From the IMG/VR virus record IMGVR_UViG_3300042507_004023: a DNA stretch of 64,000 bases; one strand, given 5' to 3'. The DNA is from a virus. The notes under the pieces were generated by a model. It searched no databases. It had not been told where the DNA came from and saw nothing but the letters and a program-made list of their open reading frames with translations. Positions 53,898 through 62,607 of this stretch are shown here, one piece after another. Numbering within the stretch: the stretch's first letter is position 1; every line of letters starts with the position of its first letter. The translations under genes and the position numbers were made by a program.

Positions 53898-55310
53898 ATG
53901 GAACTCACTATCTCAGAAGCCCTACAGAGCAAGTGGAAGCCAGTGCTTGAGCACCCAGAACTTCCCGACATCTCTGATCCATACCGCAAGGCGGTAACAA
54001 CGATTCTCTTGGAGAATCAGCAGCAATATCTACGCGAAGATGGCCCATCAAACATCGGCTCGAACCTTGACGGTGGCGTAGCCGGTGGCAACTCAAATGT
54101 TGCTCGTTGGGATCCAATCCTCATTTCGCTCGTTCGTCGTGCAATGCCAAATCTCATTGCTTACGATGTATGCGGCGTTCAACCAATGAGTGGCCCAACC
54201 GGTCTTATCTTTGCTCTACGCAGCCGTTACAACAACCAGTTCGGTGACGAAGCCCTATTCCAAGAAGCCAACAGCCGCTTCTCAGGTAAGGCTGCTACCG
54301 GTCTAACTGGCGCAGGTCTCGGTCAAACCGCAAACTTCGGTGGCGTAACCGCAACTGATACTGATCCGTTCTATAACGGTGTCAACGCTGGTTTCACCGC
54401 AGGTAACTTCGGTCTAGATCCAAACGGCGACCCATTCTTGGGCACAGCAATGTCAACCAACACAGGCGAAGCCCTTGGTTATCCAAACGGTTCACAAGCC
54501 TCAGGCTCACAGTTTGCACAAATGGCATTCTCAATCGAGAAGACCACTGTGACTGCTCAGACCCGTGCGTTGAAGGCAGAATACACAATGGAATTGGCAC
54601 AAGATCTTAAGGCTATCCACGGTCTTGACGCTGAAACCGAACTCGCCAACATCTTGTCGAGTGAAATTCTTGCCGAAATCAACCGCGAAGTCGTTCGTCG
54701 CATCTATGTGTCAGCCAAGTTGGGTGCTCGCTCAGGTCTAACTCAGACCACAGGCGTGTTCGACTTGAATGTTGACTCGAACGGTCGTTGGTCAGTCGAG
54801 AAGTTCAAGGGTCTGCTCTTCCAAATGGAGCGCGAGTGCAATCAAATTGCCAAGGAAACCCGTCGTGGTAAGGGTAACTTCGTCCTCTGCTCGGCAGATG
54901 TGGCAAGTGCTCTAAGCATGGCAGGCGTTCTTGACTACGCTCCAGCCCTCTCAACCAACCTCAATGTTGACGATACAGGCAACACCTTCGCTGGTGTTCT
55001 CAACGGTCGTCTCCGCGTCTACATCGACCCATACGCTTCACAGACAGCAACTCACGAGTTCTTCTGCGTTGGCTATAAGGGTTCGAGTCCATACGATGCT
55101 GGTCTCTTCTACTGCCCATATGTTCCTCTACAAATGGTTCGTGCAGTTGGCGAGAACTCGTTCCAGCCAAAGATCGGATTCAAGACTCGTTACGGTCTAA
55201 TCCACAATCCATTCGTATTGAACTCAAGCGGTCAGGTAACAAGCGATCTCGATGCTACAGTTCGTCGCAACATGTATTATCGTATCGTCAAGGTCACAAA
55301 CCTCTTCTGA
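53898..55310 (+). CDS. gp23: Major capsid protein gp23
   Basis: DPILISLVRRAMPNLIAYDVCGVQPMSGPTGLIFALR; ALKAEYTMELAQDLKAIHGLDAETELANILS.EI.AEINRE; GRWSVEKFKG; FQPKIGFKTRYG. Confidence 0.99.
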   Translation: MELTISEALQSKWKPVLEHPELPDISDPYRKAVTTILLENQQQYLREDGPSNIGSNLDGGVAGGNSNVARWDPILISLVRRAMPNLIAYDVCGVQPMSGPTGLIFALRSRYNNQFGDEALFQEANSRFSGKAATGLTGAGLGQTANFGGVTATDTDPFYNGVNAGFTAGNFGLDPNGDPFLGTAMSTNTGEALGYPNGSQASGSQFAQMAFSIEKTTVTAQTRALKAEYTMELAQDLKAIHGLDAETELANILSSEILAEINREVVRRIYVSAKLGARSGLTQTTGVFDLNVDSNGRWSVEKFKGLLFQMERECNQIAKETRRGKGNFVLCSADVASALSMAGVLDYAPALSTNLNVDDTGNTFAGVLNGRLRVYIDPYASQTATHEFFCVGYKGSSPYDAGLFYCPYVPLQMVRAVGENSFQPKIGFKTRYGLIHNPFVLNSSGQVTSDLDATVRRNMYYRIVKVTNLF

Positions 55311-55334
55311 TCTTTCAGAAGTCTCTCTACTCGG

Positions 55335-55367
55335 ACAGCCCCCTCGAAAGAGGGGGTTGTTCTTTTT
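55335..55367 (+). terminator. Intrinsic terminator after gp23
   Basis: 11-bp stem ACAGCCCCCTC/GAGGGGGTTGT with GAAA loop, then TCTTTTT. Confidence 0.9.
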
Positions 55368-55403
55368 ATACCGTGCGAACTACTTTGCACAATTTTGCGT
55401 ATA

Positions 55404-55411
55404 CCTAAATA
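55404..55411 (+). promoter_or_regulatory. Late promoter CCTAAATA for orphan cassette 1
   Basis: Intergenic, after the gp23 terminator. Confidence 0.7.
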
Positions 55412-55465
55412 GGGGTAACAGAAATTTAAAATATACACGCAAGCCATAACCAAAAGGGGAAATAC

Positions 55466-57094
55466 ATGGCAGTCTATTATTGGAAGGGATCAACAGGCGG
55501 AACTGCAAGCAATTATGCTTGGAATGTTCCTCAAAACTGGGTTAAAGTCGTAAAACCAAATCCATATTCATCGTTTTCTTACTTTGTTGGAGCAACCAAT
55601 TCTGTTCCATCAGGTGGCGATGATGTGTATATTGGTGGATTTATTACGGGCCCAACCTGTGTGTCGCCGCTAGTTTACGGTGGATACTCAGGTTCTGGTA
55701 ACACGGGTTCTTGGATTTCAAATATCGGAGGAACCGGCGCAACAACTGCACAAGGTCAACTCAATTCGCTTGTTGTTGGTTGGCAAACTGGTGCTACAGG
55801 CAAATATCCATTTACAACTATTGGTGGTGGTAAGACCATAGTTTGGGATATGACTGGCTCAAATTTCAGCATAGGTGTGGTTGGCACAATGACTCCTGGA
55901 CTAACACCAGACAGTCTTGTGGGAACTTACTATGATACCTTGACTGTTTTGGCTAAAAACACTTACGAAACTTCTTCAAGTGTTGGTGATACCATTAACA
56001 GTGTGGACGCAAACCCATACACAATCAAATTAAATTACGCTCTAGGTTCTACTGCATTTTCATCAAATTTGTTTACAAACACAGTAATCAAAGGAGCAAG
56101 ATCTTTAATTGGTCTTCCAATTCAGGCTTGTGGTTGGGAAGACGGAGGATCATCTAGCAAATCCAAGATGATTCTTTCTGGTTATTTGAATAAAGTTCAA
56201 GACTTGTCTGCTCCATGCCAAACCTATTGGATGTCTGGACAAACTAATTTTGGTTCTCCAATGGTTTACTTCCAAGGTTGCACATTCGCAGAGTATCAAG
56301 GCAATAATCATTGCACTCTAGTGCTTGATGAAAATTCAACTGCGGCACTGATTTCAATTAATTCTTGGTTTAATTATCCAAGTAATGTTTTGGGTAAGTA
56401 TCCATATCACTACATTAAAGGAGAAATTAACGCATCTAAAGCGTTAGCAGTATTTGGTTTAACTGGTGGTGTAACTGGCGCAGGAAAAGGAACTTTGTCC
56501 GTTAATGCAGATTGGTATTCAAATATTGGATGGCAATATGAAGGTGTGTGGGAAAACAGTCCTTTAAATAACAGCACTAGACAAGAGTGCGGGTTTATTA
56601 TCCTTAGTGGTGACGATTGGAGTGGTGTTACAGGCAACACTCGTATAGGTGAAATATTAGTTAGAGGTGGCAATCCAGTTGATGGTGACGGCGGAACTCC
56701 TTGGAATTTTGCATCACAATCAAACAAGCCTATCTTGATGGTTAAGCGAGGAACTGTTATAGGTTCTGCAAATATGGAATATGGCGAAATGTTTGGGCAT
56801 GATGCTCCAAATTCTCCAGCGTCTGTTGGTCAGTTGGTTATGTCTAGAGACTCTACACTTTGGACAAATTCAATGGCTTGGCAGTTTGGCGTTACCGCAG
56901 GAGCAACAGGAGCCACCGCAATCGTTGGTGGTATATTCGGTGATACCACTACTTGGATTCGTATGAGTGACGGCGTTCAATTGTTCAACAAGAATCTTGC
57001 TAGAACATTCAAGAACACTACTTATAGTGCAGTCAACTTTAGCATCAACGATGTCACTCTTGAACCTGATACCATGAGAAAAGAAGCACTATAA
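55466..57094 (+). CDS. Orphan Gly/Thr-rich beta-structured probable virion protein (paralog A)
   Basis: N-terminal YYWKGSTGG...YAWNVPQNW; own late promoter and terminator; directly after gp23. Confidence 0.75.
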   Translation: MAVYYWKGSTGGTASNYAWNVPQNWVKVVKPNPYSSFSYFVGATNSVPSGGDDVYIGGFITGPTCVSPLVYGGYSGSGNTGSWISNIGGTGATTAQGQLNSLVVGWQTGATGKYPFTTIGGGKTIVWDMTGSNFSIGVVGTMTPGLTPDSLVGTYYDTLTVLAKNTYETSSSVGDTINSVDANPYTIKLNYALGSTAFSSNLFTNTVIKGARSLIGLPIQACGWEDGGSSSKSKMILSGYLNKVQDLSAPCQTYWMSGQTNFGSPMVYFQGCTFAEYQGNNHCTLVLDENSTAALISINSWFNYPSNVLGKYPYHYIKGEINASKALAVFGLTGGVTGAGKGTLSVNADWYSNIGWQYEGVWENSPLNNSTRQECGFIILSGDDWSGVTGNTRIGEILVRGGNPVDGDGGTPWNFASQSNKPILMVKRGTVIGSANMEYGEMFGHDAPNSPASVGQLVMSRDSTLWTNSMAWQFGVTAGATGATAIVGGIFGDTTTWIRMSDGVQLFNKNLARTFKNTTYSAVNFSINDVTLEPDTMRKEAL

Positions 57095-57122
57095 TATAAT
57101 TTTACTATCTTATTCACGAAAG

Positions 57123-57149
57123 GACGACTCCGAAAGGGGTCGTCTTTTT
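57123..57149 (+). terminator. Intrinsic terminator of cassette 1
   Basis: GACGACTCC-GAAA-GGGGTCGTC followed by TTTTT. Confidence 0.88.
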
Positions 57150-57152
57150 ATT

Positions 57153-57160
57153 TCTAAATA
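57153..57160 (+). promoter_or_regulatory. Late promoter TCTAAATA, 5 nt before the ATG
   Basis: No SD between the motif and ATG 57166. Confidence 0.65.
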
Positions 57161-57165
57161 CTCTT

Positions 57166-57711
57166 ATGGAAAAAGATTACGGAATACCAAAGTATCTTGA
57201 AGGAGGAAGGCTGTCTATACAGCCTGAAAATACTAATCCAGCATTAACCACAAACTTTGTGTTCCTGCTTCCTAAAATACCGAATGTGGTATTCTTTTGC
57301 ACTAGCGTTTCTTTGCCTGGCATGACCTGTAACGAACTTGCTTACAAAACAGGCAGAGGAATATCGTATAAAGTTCCTGGCTCAGAAATATCTCACGGCG
57401 AACTAACCTTCACCTATCTTGTAGACGAAAAAATGAACAACTTTAAAGAACTGCAACAATGGTTTAGAACTATGACAGCCTTCCGAGATTTTTCTAATGT
57501 TTCAGAAATGCGTAATTGGTTGAGCGAAGAAGGACAACTAATAGTTTTGTCTGCTAGAAAAACAGCAAAGTATAGAATAGTTTTCCGAGGATTGTTTCCT
57601 TCAAAAATGTCAGGCGTTACTTTCAATAGTGCGGATACTGAAGCAAACAATTTAGCAGCAACCTGCAACATGAATTTCACCTATTATAATTGGGAGCCAA
57701 TGAATGGCTAA
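57166..57711 (+). CDS. gp3: Tail completion / tube terminator gp3-like (copy 1)
   Basis: NPALTTNFVFLLPKIPNVVFFCTSVSLPG...FTYLVDE.MNNFKELQQW...FRGLFP. Confidence 0.8.
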   Translation: MEKDYGIPKYLEGGRLSIQPENTNPALTTNFVFLLPKIPNVVFFCTSVSLPGMTCNELAYKTGRGISYKVPGSEISHGELTFTYLVDEKMNNFKELQQWFRTMTAFRDFSNVSEMRNWLSEEGQLIVLSARKTAKYRIVFRGLFPSKMSGVTFNSADTEANNLAATCNMNFTYYNWEPMNG

Positions 57712-58225
57712 AGAATACGATCTTCCTGATCGTCCTAGACGAGCAGAACAAAGTGTAAATCTTTCAATACCTCAAAACTTTCAGTTGGGTGTAAAGAAAA
57801 TGCCTGCGTTCACCTATTCGGTTCAAACTGTAGCATTGAACGAAATGGGTGGAGATCCGATGGATGTCTCGTTTGCTTTAGGCCCAAATCTTAAACTACC
57901 GGCTGCTGCACCAAGAATTTCCGCCTTTACTGTAACATTCGTGGTTAACGAAGACCTTTCAAATTACTACGAGATTTTACGGTGGATGCGTGAGGCTACA
58001 CCATACAAAGATTTTGATGAAATACAACCTCTGAAAGAAGTTTGGCAAGAAGCGTTTCTGTTGTATCTAACCAATAAAAAGAATCCGTATCGCAAAATTA
58101 CTTTCCGAGGAATATTTCCCACAGAATTATCAGGCTTGGAATTCAATTACGCAGACACGGAAGCAAAGCCGCTAATCGCCACAGTTAAATTTACAATTAA
58201 CGACTATATTATTGAAGATTTATAA
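57704..58225 (+). CDS. gp3-like protein (copy 2)
   Basis: NLSIPQNFQL.VKKMP..TYSVQTV.L...FVVNEDLSNYYEILRWMR...FRGIFPTELSGLEF. Confidence 0.78.
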   Translation: MAKEYDLPDRPRRAEQSVNLSIPQNFQLGVKKMPAFTYSVQTVALNEMGGDPMDVSFALGPNLKLPAAAPRISAFTVTFVVNEDLSNYYEILRWMREATPYKDFDEIQPLKEVWQEAFLLYLTNKKNPYRKITFRGIFPTELSGLEFNYADTEAKPLIATVKFTINDYIIEDL

Positions 58226-58226
58226 T

Positions 58227-58254
58227 TTGACTTCCTTGAAATTTCTGCTAAACT
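58227..58254 (+). promoter_or_regulatory. Sigma70-type promoter TTGACT-N16-TAAACT with extended -10 TG, for uvsY
   Basis: ATG 6 nt after the -10 box; no SD. Confidence 0.6.
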
Positions 58255-58260
58255 TACCGT

Positions 58261-58698
58261 ATGCGTCTAGAACAAATTCGTGAAATGGTGGAACGAGATA
58301 TTCCTATCGACAAGACGGAACTTGGTGACGAGTCGGCTAGAATCCCGCAGTTGCACAACAAGTATCTGAACCTGTTTCACGACGAGCGGTTGGTCTTAAG
58401 CAAGATGAACGCGGATTTCAATGTGTTGCGTAAAAACAAATGGGAGTGGATGACCGGTAAACTTAGTCAAGAGCAGTTGGCTGCTTTGGGTTGGGAGCCG
58501 TTTCAAATTCGCATCATGCGTCAAGACCTTGAACTGTATATGGATGCGGATGCTGATCTCAACGAAGCACAGGCTAAGATTGCTTTGCAAAAGGAAAAGA
58601 CCGAGTATCTTGAGTCCCTGCTAAAGGCTATCAATCAGCGTCATTGGGTTATACGCAACGCAATTGAATGGCGAAAGTTCACCCAAGGCGTTGTATAA
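58261..58698 (+). CDS. uvsY: Recombination mediator UvsY
   Basis: D..IDKTEL..ES.RIPQLHNKYL; KWEWMTGK; IRNAIEWRKFTQG. Confidence 0.92.
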   Translation: MRLEQIREMVERDIPIDKTELGDESARIPQLHNKYLNLFHDERLVLSKMNADFNVLRKNKWEWMTGKLSQEQLAALGWEPFQIRIMRQDLELYMDADADLNEAQAKIALQKEKTEYLESLLKAINQRHWVIRNAIEWRKFTQGVV

Positions 58699-58714
58699 CG
58701 CTTCCGCAGACACC

Positions 58715-58722
58715 CCTAAATA
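58715..58722 (+). promoter_or_regulatory. Late promoter CCTAAATA for uvsW, inside a 6-bp hairpin
   Basis: CCCCTA-AATA-TAGGGG at 58713-58728. Confidence 0.6.
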
Positions 58723-58730
58723 TAGGGGAT

Positions 58731-60245
58731 ATGTCTGTGATTTCTGCAACATGCTTTAATACGGTTCATGCTCGCATTTACGCCGAGCCTGGTGTTGCTC
58801 GTGAGATACAAGAGTATTTCACTTTCGATGTGCCTAACGCAAAATTTACACCTGCTTACAAAAATCGTTATTGGGACGGTAAGATTCGGTTGTTCTCTCC
58901 GTTCAACGGATTACTGTATATCGGCTTGTTGGACTATCTGGCTGCGTTTGCAAAAGAACGCGGCTACACTCTAGAACTTGATAAAGGCTTTACACAAAAG
59001 CCGCCACAAGTCACTCCTGAACAAATAGTCGAATTTCTAGACACCTTAAAACTTGCTGCAAACGGCAAACCTATCAAGCCGCATCCTCATCAGTTAGATG
59101 CTATCGGTGCTGCGGTAAACCGTGAGCGGGCTTTGCTGTTGTCTCCCACCGCAAGCGGCAAATCGCTTATCATTTACTCGCTGCTTAGATGGTATCAAAA
59201 TATTATACCACCTGACCGAAAAATCTTGATTGTGGTTCCCACCATATCACTGGTGTCTCAAATGAAATCCGATTTTGCAGACTATTCCAAGACTACAGAT
59301 TGGGATGCGGAAGAAAATTGTCACACCATCTTTGGTGGGCAGCAGAAAATGGACTCACGACAAATAGTAATCTCCACATGGCAATCTATTTACGAACTGC
59401 CTAAGGCTTATTTCGATCAGTTTGAAGTTGTAATTGGTGATGAGGCTCACCTGTTTAAAGCGCAATCTTTAACTTCCATAATGACAAAACTCACCAAGTG
59501 TCCGTATCGTATTGCACTAACAGGAACCTTGGATGGAACTAAAACCAATAAACTGGCTATTGAAGGCTTGTTTGGGCCAACCTTGCAAGTAACAACAACA
59601 CGAGATCTGATTGACAGCAATCTGTTGTCCACTATCAGCATTGACTGCATTGTATTGAACTATCCTGCTGAAGTTTGTCAAACCATGCGAGAAGCATCGT
59701 ATCAAGACGAACTTGAATTTTTAGTTACAAACACGCTTCGTAACAAGTTTATAACTAATCTTGCTTTAAGCACCAAAGGCAATACCCTAGTTTTATTTCA
59801 ATTCGTAGAAAAGCACGGCAAGCCGTTACACGAATTAATTCGTAAAAAAGCGAAAGGCAGACCTGTCTTCTTTGTTCACGGTGAAACTGAAGCCGACTAT
59901 CGTGAGTCTGTTCGTCACATCACTGAAAGTGAAGACAACGCGATTATTGTAGCCTCGTATGGAACCTTTTCTACAGGCATTAACATTAGAAGTTTAAAAA
60001 ATATCATCTTTGCCTCGCCGTCCAAGAGCAGAATTCGAGTTTTACAGTCTATAGGCAGACAACTACGAAAAAGCGAGAAGAAGGATAAGGCTCATCTTTA
60101 CGATATTTCTGATGATCTGCGATGGAAAGCCCGCAAAAATCATACCTTAAAGCATTTCGTGGAGCGTGTAAAGATATATTCAGAAGAAGGTTTCCCGTAT
60201 AAACTTATAAAATTGCCGGTGGTCTCAAAAAATACTTCAACCTAA
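58731..60245 (+). CDS. uvsW: SF2 DNA helicase UvsW
   Basis: WDGKIRLFS, SPTASGKS, GDEAHLFKA, LTGT, SYGTFSTGINI, QSIGRQLR. Start revised to ATG 58731. Confidence 0.96.
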   Translation: MSVISATCFNTVHARIYAEPGVAREIQEYFTFDVPNAKFTPAYKNRYWDGKIRLFSPFNGLLYIGLLDYLAAFAKERGYTLELDKGFTQKPPQVTPEQIVEFLDTLKLAANGKPIKPHPHQLDAIGAAVNRERALLLSPTASGKSLIIYSLLRWYQNIIPPDRKILIVVPTISLVSQMKSDFADYSKTTDWDAEENCHTIFGGQQKMDSRQIVISTWQSIYELPKAYFDQFEVVIGDEAHLFKAQSLTSIMTKLTKCPYRIALTGTLDGTKTNKLAIEGLFGPTLQVTTTRDLIDSNLLSTISIDCIVLNYPAEVCQTMREASYQDELEFLVTNTLRNKFITNLALSTKGNTLVLFQFVEKHGKPLHELIRKKAKGRPVFFVHGETEADYRESVRHITESEDNAIIVASYGTFSTGINIRSLKNIIFASPSKSRIRVLQSIGRQLRKSEKKDKAHLYDISDDLRWKARKNHTLKHFVERVKIYSEEGFPYKLIKLPVVSKNTST

Positions 60246-60248
60246 ATA
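60241..60248 (+). promoter_or_regulatory. Late promoter CCTAAATA for orphan cassette 2
   Basis: Overlaps the uvsW stop; 46 nt before ATG 60295. Confidence 0.65.
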
Positions 60249-60294
60249 GAGGTAGTTTTAAAACCACTCATTCTCTTTAAAGGGGTAATAACAC

Positions 60295-62037
60295 ATGTCA
60301 TTAGAATACCACTGGATTGGTGCTACCGGCAATTCAATCAACAAATACGACTGGAACAGTTTAAACAACTGGCTCGTATACGATTCCACAAAAGTAAACA
60401 CAATCGTTGGGCCTTGGAGCCGTGCAACTCGCGTTCCTGAGGCTCTTGATACGGTTAAGATTGGTGAAAAATTCCACTGCTTTAGCCCGCTTCTGTTCGG
60501 TGGTTACACCGGTGGTTTAACCCACAGCAGCGGTTCTTGGGGTGTTGCAGGTGGCGTAACAAGCGCAACCGCAGGTGTTACTGACGGTGGTGTAATGTTT
60601 GTGTATGTTACCGACAAACCGGCTTCAGATTACGGCCCATCAGTTTCTGGTGCTCTCATCTACGGTGTTGCAGGTCTTAACTCAAGATCTCCTTCGGGAA
60701 TTTGGGCATCTTTCGACGGCGGTGCTCAAGATCTTGTTGAAGCATTAGAGTTGATTAACCCACACATTTCTGATCTGTCGGCAACTGGATCAGCATCTTA
60801 CGATTATAACGATTCGTTGTATCCGTTCCCATACCTTGGCGGTGGGTTGACTGGTGAAATCTTGGATTGGGTTTACACTCAACACAAGACCTCTTACGAG
60901 GCTCACGCTGCTGTAGGAAATTCCGCCTATGCCGCAGCAAACGCATGGGTTGGTGGCGGTGCAACCGGCGCACTTGAACCAAGAACACAGGAACTAAGAA
61001 TTCGTGCAAAGCGAGTTGATATGAATCCTGGTGTAGGCAACACATCTCTACAGAACACAAGAATTGTTAACATTAAAGTCAATCCAGACCGTGAAAAGAA
61101 TGGTGGAACAATTCAAACTGTGGTAAATGTGAACCAATACGAAAACCCATTCCACTACTACACCATCAAGAATGTGGTGGCAAGAACTGTTAATGTTATG
61201 GGTGATGCTAGCGTTGAACTGCTTGGTGTAACCGCAGCACAAGTCAACTCTGATATGCACAGCACACTAAAGACGGATCGTAATTGCAGTCTAGGTGGTC
61301 TTCGTGTTCAAAGTGGACAAAACACGGCTCGCTACAATGTGTGGCCTCTATACTTTGCAGGTCAAATCACTGCTGGTGCTGTTAGCGCAGTATGGGGTAA
61401 CGCAGCACAAACCATTCCTGTAGGCACTTACGCAAACGCAATCGTAGTTGACCCTGCACCAGCAAATTTCGCCGGAACTGGTTTAACTTCAGTAGTTCAA
61501 ACCAGCAATCTAAGCCCATACATCGGTATTGGAGAGTATCAAGGCGGAACATCACACTTCGCCACAATTCCATCACTAATCTTGAACTCAGCAAGCGAAG
61601 GTGGAGGCCCCAAGCACAGCCTACAGTTTATAGGTTCCGCAAAGATTGCTGAAGTTGAACTAAACGGTGGCGAGTTTGTTCCTTCACTGTTGTTGACTAA
61701 TGGCGATCCTTGCGAAGTTTATGTTGGTAGTCTAAACATCTCCAACAATGCAATCGTAAGAATGAATGTCAATCCGGCGTTCGATTCGCTGTTCATGGGT
61801 GGTATCACAGGAACCAATCCAAGCAACTTCCGTTTAATCGGCGGAATCAATGCGTTGGATGACACTTGTGTGATTTATCCAGACACAGGAATTCGTCTAG
61901 TAAACACCAAGATTCTAGAAGGTGGTCAGGACGCTTCGGGCAAGAAGAACAATACATTCTTCACCGTAAGCAGAAACGATATCACAGCCCTACAAGGCTC
62001 GTTGGGTATCGAACAACCGAAGATTGCTCTCGACTGA
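60295..62037 (+). CDS. Orphan Gly/Thr-rich probable virion protein (paralog B of 55466-57094)
   Basis: YHWIGATGNS..KYDWNSLNNW...VP..LDTVKIG..CFSPLLFGGYTG aligns by eye with paralog A. Confidence 0.75.
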   Translation: MSLEYHWIGATGNSINKYDWNSLNNWLVYDSTKVNTIVGPWSRATRVPEALDTVKIGEKFHCFSPLLFGGYTGGLTHSSGSWGVAGGVTSATAGVTDGGVMFVYVTDKPASDYGPSVSGALIYGVAGLNSRSPSGIWASFDGGAQDLVEALELINPHISDLSATGSASYDYNDSLYPFPYLGGGLTGEILDWVYTQHKTSYEAHAAVGNSAYAAANAWVGGGATGALEPRTQELRIRAKRVDMNPGVGNTSLQNTRIVNIKVNPDREKNGGTIQTVVNVNQYENPFHYYTIKNVVARTVNVMGDASVELLGVTAAQVNSDMHSTLKTDRNCSLGGLRVQSGQNTARYNVWPLYFAGQITAGAVSAVWGNAAQTIPVGTYANAIVVDPAPANFAGTGLTSVVQTSNLSPYIGIGEYQGGTSHFATIPSLILNSASEGGGPKHSLQFIGSAKIAEVELNGGEFVPSLLLTNGDPCEVYVGSLNISNNAIVRMNVNPAFDSLFMGGITGTNPSNFRLIGGINALDDTCVIYPDTGIRLVNTKILEGGQDASGKKNNTFFTVSRNDITALQGSLGIEQPKIALD

Positions 62038-62061
62038 TCCGCAGTATAAATCCTTACAAAG

Positions 62062-62087
62062 AACGACTCCGAAAGGGGTCGTTTTTT
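62062..62087 (+). terminator. Intrinsic terminator of cassette 2
   Basis: AACGACTCC-GAAA-GGGGTCGTT followed by TTTT; 20 nt identical to the cassette 1 terminator. Confidence 0.88.
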
Positions 62088-62126
62088 GTTTTTCGTCGAA
62101 ATGCTATAAGTTGTGGTGTTTAGTCA

Positions 62127-62134
62127 CCTAAATA
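62127..62134 (+). promoter_or_regulatory. Late promoter CCTAAATA
   Basis: 11 nt before ATG 62146. Confidence 0.6.
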
Positions 62135-62145
62135 CTATTAGTCTT

Positions 62146-62607
62146 ATGCTTAGAAGTTCAGTTAAAATTCTTCGCTTCAAGATCGGTGACACGATAATCT
62201 GTGGGCTAACTCATAATTCAGATACCAACGAGTATCTTATTGAAAAGCCTATGCAAATTTCCATGCTTCCCATTGTAGGCAAAAAAGGTGTTCAATCCAT
62301 GAGCATCTACATGCAAGAATGGCTTGAATACGCAAAAGAAACCGTATTCAAAATTCCTGCTGATGTGGTAATGCTGATTGCCACACCTGAAGATGAAATG
62401 GCGGAAGAGTATATGGATGCTTTAGAAAAGAATGAATTACACCGCATTCAAAGAGATTTCGAAAAAATATCGAAAAATTACGGCGAAGAAGACTCGGAAA
62501 TAGATGACAACCCTTCAAATATGGGTTATAATAACGAGCAGTATGATACTGAGTATGAAGAAGAGGACTACGACGAAGACGACTTCGAAGAAGAGAAACC
62601 CGACTAA
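62146..62607 (+). CDS. Hypothetical protein (Sm-like fold suspected) with acidic tail
   Basis: VKILRFKIGDTIIC...LIEKPMQI...EWLEYA; typical position between uvsW and gp55. Start revised to ATG 62146. Confidence 0.7.
   Translation: MLRSSVKILRFKIGDTIICGLTHNSDTNEYLIEKPMQISMLPIVGKKGVQSMSIYMQEWLEYAKETVFKIPADVVMLIATPEDEMAEEYMDALEKNELHRIQRDFEKISKNYGEEDSEIDDNPSNMGYNNEQYDTEYEEEDYDEDDFEEEKPD

Noticed and set aside
55310-55466. tRNA or structured ncRNA in the larger intergenic gaps (also 33845-33974 and 62607-62723)
   Set aside because: No cloverleaf or T-loop motif; the gaps are largely explained by terminators and promoters.
58668-58730. ORF-track starts for uvsW (58668), gp55 (62678), uvsE (33325), gp16 (44196) and the membrane protein (16327)
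   Set aside because: They overlap upstream genes or promoters; downstream starts fit SD/promoter position and conserved N-termini better.
44698-60245. Introns, inteins or homing endonucleases in terminase, portal, gp23 or uvsW
   Set aside because: All are contiguous and of normal length; no HNH, GIY-YIG or LAGLIDADG motifs or intein ends recognised.
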